Source: Eledone cirrhosa
Lineage: Eukaryota
DNA length: 64,000 bases
Reading direction: 5' to 3'
Assembly (NCBI GenBank): GCA_964016885.1
Contig: OZ024753.1
Span: forward strand, 23,126,001 to 23,190,000
Part shown: piece after piece, positions 27,262 to 40,079 of the stretch
Layout: every line of letters begins with the position of its first letter
Position numbering within the stretch: the stretch's first letter is position 1
Translations under genes and position numbers: made by a program
The notes under the pieces: generated by a model
Databases searched by the model: none
Told to the model about the DNA's origin: nothing
The model's input: only the letters and a program-made list of their open reading frames with translations

Positions 27262-28200
27262 ATATATTTATATATATATTTCCAAAAAAGATGGTCTGAT
27301 CGCACCTATATATGTGTCTGATAGTATACAGTTATATAACTGCTATAGATCAGTCACTAAGTCAATATGATCAACCCTCCGAAACGATCGTAAATGAATA
27401 GGTAATATACCTTGACTTTATTATATTCATTGTTAAATAGATATCTAATACATACATATATATATATATATAAATTTCGTATTTCTAAAGAAATACGGTT
27501 TTAGGAAGCCGTGGTGTCCAGTAGAAGCAGGGGGACAAGTATCTATGCATTTCAGGCTTGACTGGCCTTCGTGAGGACGGTCCCCCCCACAGCTTGCTGC
27601 TGGACTTGAAAACAGTCGAGAATATATAGTTTTCTCGTCTGTGTAAATGAGGTGATTAATCTCATTTGCATATGAAGCTGCATAATTTGGCTCATTGTAT
27701 AATTGCGCGACATCTTATTTCTTTTATATATATGTTTATTTTTTCCCTTTTTCCTTTTTTCTTTATTTGTTCTTCTTTCTTTCTTCTTTTCTGTCTCACC
27801 CTCGTGGTCTTTTGATAGATAAAAGGCTATGGGCGCGCTACGGATAGATGTATAGTTAATAATGCTCCGAAACATCCGTGATCCGTAGTTAACTACTGAC
27901 GAAGGGAAACTGTCCACCTCTTGTTTGTATCTCCTTACCTTCTAACTCCCGTTGTCAGTAACCACACAGCCTCTTCTCATCCATATTATATATATATATA
28001 AATATAAGAAAATGAGTTTTTTTTTTCCAAAATGAAAAAAAAAACCAGATGTCCTACACAAGCGAAAGTATAAGGAAAAAAGATGAAATCGAAAATGCAG
28101 CTGGAGTCTTTTTAAAAATATTTATTTGTTTCCTTTACCGTGTTCACAGTTCTTATGCTTTTCAAAAGTAGAATTGAGATGGAGGGTTTGTGGTTTTTCT

Positions 28201-28236
<36 letters not shown>

Positions 28237-28343
28237 AATAATAATAAATTTGAAGGCAAAATCCAAAGAGGGCTCGATAAGGATAAATATATATCAAATA
28301 TATAAGAACCGTAGAGCAAATATTTATTAAAATAACAGATTAA

Positions 28344-28394
28344 AGTTTAAGCAAAGAATCGCTGCTTTCACCCTTAACGGGATCTTCTGAAACT
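28344..28394 (-). ncRNA. Hammerhead ribozyme, U4A core variant
   Basis: agttt-CAGAAGA-tccc gttaa gggt-GAAA-gca...tgc-TT-aaact. Confidence 0.6.
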
Positions 28395-28782
28395 AAAAAA
28401 ATGAATCTGTAAATATTTCGAAAAACGTTGCGACCGAAGGAAGACAGGAAGACGATACTTTGGTTCGTGGAAACGTTCCCCGGCAAAGAACAGAAAAAAA
28501 ACGAAGATAATACGTCATTGTTTGGTTCGATGAAAACAATTACACGCAAAGACAAAACAACGCTTATGGTATAAATGAAGTCATAGACTAATATTCTATT
28601 AGGTGGTTCGTGGAGACGTTCTCTGGCAATGAACGGAAAAAACGAAGATAATACGTCATGGTGTGGAGCGCTGAGAACAATTACACGCAAAGACAAAACC
28701 ACGTTTATGATATAACTGAAGTTGTAGACTAAAGTTCTATTTAGGAAACCGAATGATTCTCCGCTTCAGAGTTAAGAATAAT

Positions 28783-28969
28783 TGTTTCTACTTTTGGCAC
28801 AAGGCCAGCAATTATCCCAGTGCATTACTGGCACTTTATTTGATCGACCCCGTAGGGATGAAAGGCAAAGTTAACCTCGGCGGCATTTGAACTCAGATCA
28901 TAAAGGGAGGTAACTCTCTGCTTCAAAGAATGGCGTCCGACCCTTACCAATACTGCCAATCCACCGCCC
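28783..28969 (-). mobile_element. tRNA-derived SINE with 17 bp target-site duplication
   Basis: A box TGGCAGTATTGG, B box GAGTTCAAATGCC; TSD tcagagttaagaataat at 28766-28782 and 28970-28986; empty site in the other pLTR (~32552). Confidence 0.9.
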
Positions 28970-29634
28970 TCAGAGTTAAGAATAATGTAAATAAATTACA
29001 GAGGTAATTGAAATCAACAAAAATATGAACATGTACGCATCCATATACGTACATACTCATGCATATGCGAAAACACCGGCCATGGGTACGCAAATACGAG
29101 CACGTACACAAAAATATTCACGCACATACAGAACCCACGCAACGCCTGTACCCGCACACATACGAATCTATACACCAAATACACATAAAAATATATATAA
29201 AAAAAATATACATATATATGTGTGTGTGTGTGTGTGCGTGTATACATATAATTATATAAACGTATATAAATATACTCACATAAATACGTATATAACGCGC
29301 GCACACACATACTTACATGTAAATACACATATGTTCGCTAAACGTACGTCAGCCAAAACAGAAAGTACACATATACTCACACCCTACATACGTGCGAACC
29401 CGCATACTCACACAGACGCAAAACTCACGTATACACATAACCATATGCATATGTACCAGTATATATAATATATACGCCATAGCATATACAAGCAAATATA
29501 CATACGAGAAAGTATACGTACCTTCACAAAACATACATGTAATATATACTTACCTATACAAATAAGTAATGGTATAAATATAACATATACTTAGCTACCA
29601 CATCAAGACGTAAATTATCCGCGTATATTTCGTA

Positions 29635-31742
29635 CTATCCGTTAGGGTGTAATGTGGGGCTGTAATACAGGAAAGTTTTGTACAATTTATGTTTACAAGC
29701 CGAAATTGCCTCAGACTTTTTGTTTAAGATATGGTCTTTGGCGTAGAGTATTTCCAGGGCTTCAGCGGCGCAGAGGTCACATGGTTTTTTATTTCCGTTA
29801 TACGATCTAGCCTTAGCTAGGATCTCCCAGTGTAACTTATATTGGGTGTGGTTGTCTTTTAGACTCCAGATATAAGCTGAAAGTGGTGTCATATTCCTTC
29901 TTAAAGGGTTAAGAAAAGAATGGGTATGCATGTAAAGACGCTGCTTGAATCTATTGGCGGTTAACCCTATGTATGCCCTATGGGACGTGGGTGTTACAAT
30001 CTTACATTTGTAGACGATGTTACTAGAGAGGCATTTCCCGGATAGGGGACAGTCAGCCCAATTCCTACAACTACAGTTAGTACAAGCTACATGGTTGCAC
30101 GTGTTCCTACGGCTAGGTAATTTAGCTAAATTTGAAGCTGTGATGTTATGTGCAAGGTTAAGAGTCGTAGAGTAAGAAATTTTAATGGTATTTCTATTAA
30201 ACATTTTAATATATTTATGTGCTGGGGGGAAATGCTTCGTAATAAGGGAGAGAAAGATATTAGCTAATGGTGTGGCCACCTCCATATTATATGGTGGGTT
30301 ATAACATATAATGCGTCGGGGTCTATTTTTCCTAGGTCTATTCTCATACTCTGTATATGCTACCTTATCGACAAATCCACTCTGACCAAGAGCTTCATTG
30401 TAATATGTGGAATGGTCGGTGAAAATATGCTCATTTGTAGATAGACGGGAAAGCCTCAAAGAAACGTTTCTTGCCAGGTGCTTGGTTATGCTGGCTGGAT
30501 GGTTAGAATGTTTACTTATGTAATTAAGCGTATCATTCGGCTTTCTATACGGGTAGTCCAAGCCTTTCGACAAATTGAGGGTAACGTAGAGGTAATTAAC
30601 GACCGAGAGGTTGGCCTCAACCTGTATGGAGAGGTGGAAGCCTTTAAAGAAGACTGTGAGTTCTTTTCTGAACCTGTCGCGAGAACGTGGGCCGCACTAT
30701 GTCATGGTCAAAAGACCGTCATCACGGTACAAACCACCGCCCACGTTGGGGCGGTGGTTTGTACCGTGATGACGGTCTTTTGATAGAGAAAAGAAAGAAA
30801 AGGTCGATAAGATCAGTAACCTCCTCAGAATCGCTGGCGCCCATACTCACGTAGAATGGGGTACTATTAGATTTTTTAATCCAAATAGAGTCGTCGAAAT
30901 TAATCAGCGACTTACGAGCATTGAGGATGACATTAACTTCGAAATCCTTAACCACTGTGAGTGTTTTAGCGAAATTGATAGCTCTAAGAAGAAGTGGTAA
31001 AGTGATGGAAGAGTAGTAATTATTGATGTCGAATTGGATAAAATGGCAATGTTCCTTGTTGCATATGCCGTTGAACCAATCAATCACCGCGAAAGAATTG
31101 TTCCACTGTGTAAGAGGGGCCAAACTTCTAATTTCAGGTATAATTCTATCTAAAATCCTTTTACTAAGTCTACCTAAATCGGACTACGTAGGGTTAATAA
31201 GCCGAATAGAGGGGTTGTTCGGGAAATTGGATTTTTGATCCTTCAGGGTAAAGTGGCGAGAAATAGGGTCCAGAGGTTCAGTCCGGTCCAGGATGTTGAG
31301 ATCAGAGATGATTTTAAACCCAGCATCGTTGATGTCATTAATGACGCTCCGATTAGTTTTACGGTAATCCTTAGTTACAGCATTATGTAGCAGTTGATGG
31401 TAAATACTGCGCTCCACTTGATATAGATTGCCAGTTTTGTCGGAGTGGACGTGCATGTCATTAGAATCCTTAATAGACGAATTCTATTCTTCAGATCCGT
31501 ATGAGTTCCAATACATCATTTTCGAAGGGTAGCAATGCTGGGTTACTCGGAGGGTTATTGTAGGTTTTAAACCCAAATTTATCCTGTTTGTTGACCGCTT
31601 TTCCCTGATTATTGAAATAAAAGGCACGCCAACGCAACCTTTTCATGAACGCGTCTGTTTTCTGTATCAGGAGTTGTAGGTATGATTTCCTGCTTGATAC
31701 GGGTATGTTCTTTGTAGAAATATTCAGATGTTGTTTCTGCAT
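29635..31742 (-). pseudogene. Neptune-type PLE polyprotein, multiply disrupted
   Basis: STKNIP...RLRWRAF, SDKTGNLY, RLINPT, QFDINNYYSSI, MGASD, GLYRDDG, YRKPND, CSCRNWADCPLSGKC, IVY...YIG, CDLCAAE. Confidence 0.88.
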
Positions 31743-31852
31743 GATTAATATAAGTCAATAGAGTGCGCAACCGAGGGAGCCAGATAGTAATAATAATAAA
31801 TTTGAAGACTAAAATCCAAAGAGGGCTCGATAAGGATAAATATATATCAAAT

Positions 31853-32061
31853 GCCAGCAATGAAATCATATCCGCTCTCTTGCTCTGGAACCCTGACGCC
31901 AGCCTGACTAGGAGTAGGAAGCTGTCATTCCCTGACGTTATCTCTAGGGATACGGGAATCAGTAGACAGGACCTGGGGGCGGCGATGGGGGACAGGGAAT
32001 TCTGGGGCATGAGAGTGAGATCCATCATCTCGACAGTAGTAGACGAATGATGATGATGATG
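31853..32061 (+). mobile_element. Heavily 5'-truncated RTE-like LINE 3' end with (GAT)n tail and 11 bp TSD
   Basis: LLLWNP...DVISRDTG...AMGDREFW*; TSD atatatcaaat at 31842-31852 and 32062-32072; empty site at ~28290. Confidence 0.8.
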
Positions 32062-32116
32062 ATATATCAAATATATAAGAATCGTAGAGCAAATATTTAT
32101 TAAAATAACAGATTAA

Positions 32117-32167
32117 AGTTTAAGCAAAGAATCGCTGCTTTCACCCTTAACGGGATCTTCTGAAACT
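32117..32167 (-). ncRNA. Hammerhead ribozyme, U4A variant (second pLTR)
   Basis: Identical to 28344-28394. Confidence 0.6.
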
Positions 32168-32639
32168 AAACAAATCAATCTATGAACACAGAAGTAAATA
32201 TTTCGAAAAACGTTGCAACCAAAGGAAGACAGGAAGACGATACTTTGGTTCGTGGAAACGTTCCCTGGCAAAGAACAGAAAAAAACACGAAGATAATACG
32301 TCATTATTTGGATCGCAGAATACAATTACACGCAAAGAGAAAACCACGTTTATGCTTTAAATGAAGTCGTGGACTAATATTCTATTAGGTGGTTCGTGGA
32401 GACGTCTTCTGGCAATGAACGAAAAAAACGAAGATAATACGTCATTATGTGGAGCGGTGAGAATAATTACACGCAAAGACAAAACCACGTTTATGGTATA
32501 ACTGAAGTCGTAGACTAAAATTCTATTAGGAAACCGAATGATTCTCGGCTCCAGAGTTAAGAATAAAGTAAATAAATTACAGAGGTAATTGAAATCAACA
32601 AAAATATAAACATGCACGAATCCATATACGTACATACAC

Positions 32640-32915
32640 GTGTCTGTATGTGTCTGTATGTGTCTTTGTGTGTCTGTATGTGTCTGTATGTATGTGTGTG
32701 TATATGTGTGTATATGTATGTATATGTCAGTCGTGTTTGTATGTGTATTTATATGTCTGTATATGTCTGTATGTGTCTGTATGTGTCTCTGTATGTATGT
32801 GTATGTCTGTATGTGTATGTATATGTATGTATTTGTCTGTATGTGTCTGTATGTGCCTGTCTGTGTCTGTGTATGTATGTATATGCCTGTATGTGTTTGT
32901 ATGTTTGCGTGTGGT
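32640..32915. repeat. Degenerate (TGTATGTGTC)n simple repeat
   Basis: Seen directly. Confidence 0.85.
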
Positions 32916-33197
32916 TATGGATAGAATAAATTGATATTCTGTCGGAAAATATATATCAACTTCTTCATAATTACTAGTTATTGATCAACAAATTATAGAT
33001 GGCGCTATCAAATATTATAGAAGCATCTGAATGATATCGAATATGACAGCGAAAGTTGATATTGAACGCCATATTATTTCAAACGGGATTTATAGAAACT
33101 CAGTGCAAATATATAGAGCAGGGAAAGACAATCTATTGGGTCGGAGGTACAGAGAAGAGCTCTGGTGATACGTGGCCGCACATATACATGACAACTA

Positions 33198-33224
33198 TGG
33201 TGGTGGTAGTAGTGGTGCTGGCAC

Positions 33225-33319
<95 letters not shown>

Positions 33320-33331
33320 ATAGTAGTAGTG

Positions 33332-33403
<72 letters not shown>

Positions 33404-33420
33404 TTATTATTATTATTAGT
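33198..33420. repeat. Compound (AGT)n(AGC)n(ATT)n microsatellite
   Basis: Seen directly. Confidence 0.95.
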
Positions 33421-34208
33421 TTTTCTCCTTATTTCTCTTTCTTTCTCTTCTATATTCTTTAATTATGATGACTGTAACTTATATCGAGTGACTTAAGATT
33501 TATTATTCCACCTTTAAACCCAGACACAGAAATCAATAAATGCTACCAATGTGACAGATACAAGACAATCTTTGAATTTATTGTCCGACAATTTGCGATT
33601 ATCGTAAAGTTTTTACTCTCTACAGTCTCGTCTCTATAACTCACTCTGTAAAAGATTTTAATCAGATTTTTATTGTATTTTAGTAAGTTATGAGCAACAT
33701 TAAATGAATTTAAAATGTAATTGAATAACAGGCAGAAGCGATCAGAAATAGCAAATCTATGACTGATTCCATTTCATGTGATATTTATGTATCTTTACTT
33801 TGATGTTTCATGGAAGACGTTATTACATTCAGAAACAGTTGTATTTCGAAACATTTTCAGCTTTTGAGACCAACATCTATAAAACACACACACACACACA
33901 CACAAACACACACACTTAAAATTAAGAAGAAAGCAAGAAAGTGTGTTGTGGTGTGTGTGTGCTGTTTTTCTCTTTTCTTCCACCTTTTTCCCTTTTCCTT
34001 TCTATTTTCCTTCCCTCTTTCCTCCGTTTTCCCAATAACTTACCCAGTTATTGAACGCTCTGGGGGTAGATATATTGTCTTTAAAGCGTAGAAATATCCG
34101 AGACCCCCAGTAGACAACTGATGAGGAAAATTCCACCCACCCTTCTTGCTTTCTCTTAATTTTAAGCTTACCTTAACTAGCAACTACACAGCCTTCCTAT
34201 TCTCCATT

Positions 34209-34305
<97 letters not shown>

Positions 34306-34669
34306 TATATATATACACACACATAACAAAGATGGAGGGCAAGTGAAAGAGGGATAGAGGGGGCAAAATGAAGTGAGAGAGAGAGAGAGATAGAGAGAGA
34401 TCACGATTAATGAAGACATGTGACCTGACCATAACATGTTGGATGATATTAGAAACGCCAGGCTAATCTTAGAATTGTCATCCGCCTGGGTATTGAGTGC
34501 CACGACTCGTTCGTTGTTGAAATTCACTCTGTAGTGTCTATAATCTTCTCTTGTCAAATCTAGGATTTGAACTCGTCAGTTATACACTGTCTACACCACT
34601 TACAGCTTCATGACACACCTCTCTAAATCATCAGAACATGGCTGAGTTTGTATAACATTAAAACACCGA

Positions 34670-34944
34670 ATACCTTGTCTTCACATATACCTTGTCTTCA
34701 CATATACCTTGTCTTCACATATACCTTGTCTTCACATATACCATGTCTTCACATATACCTAGTCTTCACATATACCTTGTCTTCACATATACCCTGTCTT
34801 CACATATACCCTGTCTTCACATATACCTTGTCTTCACATATACCTTGTCTTCATATATACTTAGTCTTCACATATACCTTGACTTCACACATACCTTGTC
34901 TTCACATATACCTTGTCTTCACATATACATTGTCTTCACATACC
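34670..34944. repeat. 17 bp minisatellite ATACCTTGTCTTCACAT, ~16 copies
   Basis: Seen directly. Confidence 0.95.
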
Positions 34945-35934
34945 CAGCAAGTACTTTCTTTGCAATTTTGTCACTATACTTACTATAATACGACATTTAT
35001 CTCATAATTTTCACGTCCCTAATCACCTGGGAATCTTACCTCTTTTAGACAGATGCCCTATATCAGTGACTATATATCTCAAAATCCAATTAACGAAATC
35101 AAACTTAAGGTACGCTATTAAATGCTCTTTAGGCAACCAAGAAACAATTGTTTTAACTACGACCTGGTTTTGTCTGGAAGTATTATCTGTTGTGGAATTG
35201 GATACAGTACATTTCAATGAGAGGGTATCAGGTGTATCGTAGTTTCCCTGTTAATAACTCGGCATATGGTCACTTCCAAACTCAGATTTTAACATTGTTT
35301 ATGTTTTAAACCTTCTTAAATTTTACATAAAACGTTGACAATATTTCCAAAGGCTAGAAACAAGAATCTCTAAAAAGTTTCCACATAACGACATTTCAGT
35401 AAGATACACAATTGTACATCTGTAAAATAAACCCAACAATTTAAGGCCTAGAAATATTTTATTTCTAAACAGTTACTGTTAATTTACATTAGAGTTTTAT
35501 TCACTTACCGGATGTGTAACAAAGTTTAGATAACAAACAAGGAAGTTTTCGGGCTGATTTGCAAACTTTCTTTCATCAACGCATGACAATCATTAGTTTA
35601 ATTTACGTCATATGTTATGTATTCTATCTCTCTCTAGCATCAGTGCAATAGTCTGGAGTAATAAGTTATGTACTACCAACATTTGCTGTGATTCTCTCTT
35701 TTACTTTCTTTCATATTTTTGTCTGATGATTTGTCTCAGGTGTTTCCGACAACAAGTGATCTAGTTGATTCAAACAACGGAAGAACATGCTCTGAGCATT
35801 CCACAGACACGTGTACCTTTAATGCCTTTAATGTAGTTCTCAGGGAAATTCAGCGTGATAAAATGTATGACAAGTTTTCCGCCTTGAATTACAGGTACAA
35901 CTCATTTTTATAGTCTGTGTAGACTGGAACAACG

Positions 35935-36035
35935 TGACAGAAAGGGTCTTGTTCAAGGAACCAATGCACCGCAAGATTTGGGAATCGAACTCACAACCTT
36001 ATGATGGTGGACCCAGCACTCTAATCACCACACGC
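35935..36035 (-). mobile_element. Degenerate tRNA-derived SINE head
   Basis: Minus strand: gtggtgattagagtgctgg...gagttcgattcc A/B boxes followed by ccttgaacaagac. Confidence 0.55.
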
Positions 36036-36689
36036 TTCCTCGCCATTCGAGAGTATGAAGGGAATTGTACTCGAGTTTCTTCGAAATAGAGCAGTTCCTA
36101 TAGGATGGGAGGGGGTGATAAAAACGTGCAATTTGGTGATGGGCTTGATAAAAATTACAAAAATAAAATATACAAATTGCTTGTAAGTTTACATTGCCCG
36201 TGTATCTTACATCGACACCAGCAGCTTTGACCTTCCTGGAAAGCAATGGGTCTCCCTTAATCAAATCCACTCAACATATACCAGGACAATCCATTATCTC
36301 CATTGATAGAAAATGAAAAACAACTCAGCATGTGACTGTGGAGACCCTGACCAGATAGTACTGCATGTTGTTCGGGATGACGGCCTCGGGTGTTTTCTGG
36401 TTGGTATTGAGGTAATCCATAATACTACAAATGACACCACAATCTGGCTCACCTAACTTGGTCTGTCTCTAATTATTGTCATACGGCAAGGAGAAGGTAA
36501 GAAGTTCACTTCGAAATTACGTACTTCCGAGTTCGATCTGATCGAAGTCACGTACTTCCGAGTTCACCTGATCGAGATCAGAGATCAGTTTCCAGGGCTC
36601 ACCGATGACACATCCCTCCCATATAATCCCACACCGACCAATCTCCGACAGCTGATCCACTAACAGCACCTCGAGTAATTAGGTGCAAA

Positions 36690-37345
36690 GGTGTTCGCGA
36701 GGAACTTGATAGATTCATTCTGGGGTGCTAGCACATCCACTCTACGCACCAGTGCCCTAGACTTAGTCTACAGTGTTGTGGACTACGTTTCTCTGTATGA
36801 TGCAGGAGCTCCCACACAAAAAAGCTATATTCAGCCCTGAACGATACCTTATCATACACCAAGTATCTACACATGCTTTCAGGAATTGCTCCTGTGCCCT
36901 TTCATGGAAATCACCACACACATACAATGGTAACTAAGGCCTCGTCATTCTCTCTGCGATATGGCTGACGATTTTTAACTACTAGGCCAACATCTCTTGA
37001 TGTCTCGCTAGGATTTTTCTCATCACGAGCTAAAGTGTGAGACTCATGCTTCAAACGTGTAGAGGACTAGCTGGCAACAGATGCCTCGACCCGCCCAACA
37101 GAATGTCATCTCCAATACCGCCCTCCCCCAGATGCTAACCACCACCAGAGAGAGTGCATGACCCTGAATCGGCTGTGAACTGGTGTCGGCCGATTCAATG
37201 CAGCCATTCATCCTTGGGTCTGCGTTCATCAGCAACTTGTCCATGTGGTTCACCAGAGCAGATTGCTGAACCTATACGGAGTAAGAGCCCAGATTTCCAC
37301 CCACCTGAGAATATGAACCTCACACACCTTAATCCCACGACCGTA
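36690..37345 (+). mobile_element. Degraded Ingi/Vingi-like LINE 3' part (a similar CxC remnant at ~36300-36460)
   Basis: WGASTSTLRTSAL.LVYS and TLNRL*TGVGRF...WG...CPCGSPEQ motifs read across frameshifts. Confidence 0.6.
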
Positions 37346-38639
37346 AGCTGGTTACAATAATTCAGGGATATAACATAATTGCAGTTGTCTAATAAGCAAA
37401 AATAATAAGACTTTGCTTAAGATTATATTTCAAAACTCATTCCCAGCCACGGTATTTTTTTTTTTTTTTGTGGTTATCAAGCTGCATAGTTTCAATTCGA
37501 TTCAAAATTTGAACCCAGTCTCAGCAGTCTACGAATCACTGAAAAAGCCGAGAGCATATTCCCATCCTCTTTGTAATGTAAAAACAACTTTCCCCTTACT
37601 TCTGTAGCTCTGATTTCATAATCTATTCTTAATGTAGTCAAGTGGTAGACTACAGCACTTTTTTCATATTCTGGTGCCAGATTCTTGTAACAATCGAAAA
37701 ATATAATAATCCAAAGTATTTCTAGGCAAAAAGTATCCTGAAAGTAAGCTGATAACGATTTTACTACGTGCCAGCAGATTATACCGAGCGATCTATGAAA
37801 TATATAGATTAAGCAAAGTCATATATATTCAAGTTTATTATCTGCATCTGACAGAAGCTGAGAATTCGTAAAAATCGAAAAAAACAACAGAAAACAAAAG
37901 AAAACAAAACAATCCCCAAAGCAAATCATTCATATTTTAAACGTGTTCTTAGTTTCTAGAAAGTTTCACAATGCCATATGTACTGTAGGTTATAAGGAAT
38001 TTATCAATTTATAAATTAAGTTTTTTGACGACAACTTATTCATTTCCAATAGGCAAATGCATATGGAGAGAAAAAAGAAAAGATAAATTTAATTATTGAT
38101 ATTTCTTACTGTGCTGGATATTTAATGCAACAATGAAATGCATTTGTAGAATGTTTTGCTATACCAAAAGGTAGAAACACAAAATGTTAAAAAAAATCAA
38201 TATCAAACGATATTGGAATATATATAACCAAAGCATATCTTGAAAGCATATTTTCATTTTGTAATAATCAATATTGCAAAACTTTCTTGGTTATTTCGTT
38301 AAAAACATTTCTAGTTCTTTCAAAGAGTTTCGTAGTTGCAGGTGATGTTTTGTAAACTTTCCTGCCTGGCAGACGACATTAAGATGGAAGACATATTATA
38401 GGTAGATATATTTTCATTTGAAAGTTTTAGAAAACTATAAATCACCGAATGATATCGTTTATTGTTACAGCTTTCAGTATTGTCGAGTTTTATCTAATAA
38501 CGTCATTGTAGTGTATACCAACTTCTCACACATACTGATATATATAATGTGCTTGTGAGGGTGTATATAACTTTGGTTGTGTATATATAAATACATATAA
38601 ACAAGTTTAAATGTGTTGATGATACAGGTAAAAGACACA

Positions 38640-39005
38640 CACATGAGTTTTTCCCATCCTGGAGTTCTCGCCAGTGTTCACTTATCCTTTCTCCTATGCT
38701 ACAGGCTGTTTCACCTATGTATGTTATATTCCTATTCTTACACTGTCCCTCAGTACATCTTATGCTATATACTACGTTCCTAGTTTTGCAGTTAGTTTGC
38801 GGGTTTAGCTTGCAGACTATGCATTTCCTATCAGTGCAGAGGGAAAACGTATCAACTAACATGCCAAAATAGAACATAGGGGCACATTAGAGAACATAGA
38901 AATAAAAATTATATCCACACAGAGAAAAGATGCAATGCTCAGACAAATCACAGAAGCGACAAACATAAACGAGCTCCAATCAAAATTAAACAGAAAACAT
39001 GAGTA
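38640..39005. pseudogene. PLE GIY-YIG remnant split into opposite orientations
   Basis: Minus: CIVCK...CKTRNVVYSIRC...YIGET...ERISEH; plus: DAMLRQITEATNI...LNRKHE*. Confidence 0.65.
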
Positions 39006-39467
39006 AAATAGCAACACCACAACTAGTAATTAAGGACAAAATGAAGACGTACAGACACACACAAAAACCAAACTAACAAAACAAATCAGACACACACAGA
39101 TAGAACAAACACCCAACTAGTAACAAGTAAATAACACATAAATAAATAAATAAAAACACAGACTCTGATGTAACGCATGCGTAAACCAAGCACACAACAC
39201 ACAAAAACAAGATGGTGTAGAACAGAACAAAGGAGAGACAGACAACATAAAGTCCTAGTTAATGAGAAGGTCACAGAATGTGTAACGATAGAGCTTTGAC
39301 AATATATAAACAACCTTCCGGTTAACGAACCAACCAACCAAACGAAAATTTATAATAAATTGAAGTGAAAACCATCAGGTGCGTGTGTTTTTATTGGCAG
39401 CATGACCCTCCCAAAGTTTCAACACACGCTTTCAGATAAGAAATCTTGCAAAACAAATTGAAAAGCG

Positions 39468-39541
<74 letters not shown>

Positions 39542-39742
39542 GCATTTGCATGCTATTTCAAAAGTCAGGCCTCACAGGAAATGTATTTAACTTAATAATT
39601 TACATTCTAAATTTGTCTGTTTTTGTTGCTTGTTGTATCGATAATCGATATATTTCAAACTACGAAAAGACTAATTAAAATATTCTTTAAAAGCCTATTG
39701 AAGTGTTATGTACATTTCCTGTGATTCTAAACCTTTCAGACC

Positions 39743-39842
<100 letters not shown>

Positions 39843-40079
39843 TTGTATGTATGTTCTTCTGGTTTTATAATTTCACAAAGTTTTACCAATAGAGAGAGAG
39901 AGTCGGTTTCTAACATAGACACAAGACTCTCTCATTGGAATTTACACAACATCAACTAGGTAGATATGTATGTATGCATGTGCAGATATAGATGTTATTG
40001 TATGTGTGGATGTGGATGTTTTGAGTTGTATGTGTGCATGTGCATATGCTTTGTATCTGTACCTGTGTATATGCAGTTA

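Larger units (their letters stand above)
28232..32640 (-). mobile_element. Full-length degraded Neptune-type PLE with direct pseudo-LTRs
   Basis: pLTRs ~28232-29055 and ~31788-32640 with ~120-140 bp internal subrepeats; ORF pieces 31742 to 29635. Confidence 0.88.

Noticed and set aside
27280-27400. GAAA-cgatcg-TA half hammerhead
   Set aside because: No CUGANGA-like core in register; at most a decayed relic
27865-27960. GAAA...CTGACGA as a type II hammerhead
   Set aside because: No UH triplet in register with the tagttaacta stem; ctgac pairs instead with downstream gtcag
33056-33496. Poly-Val/poly-Ser ORFs
   Set aside because: Trinucleotide microsatellite
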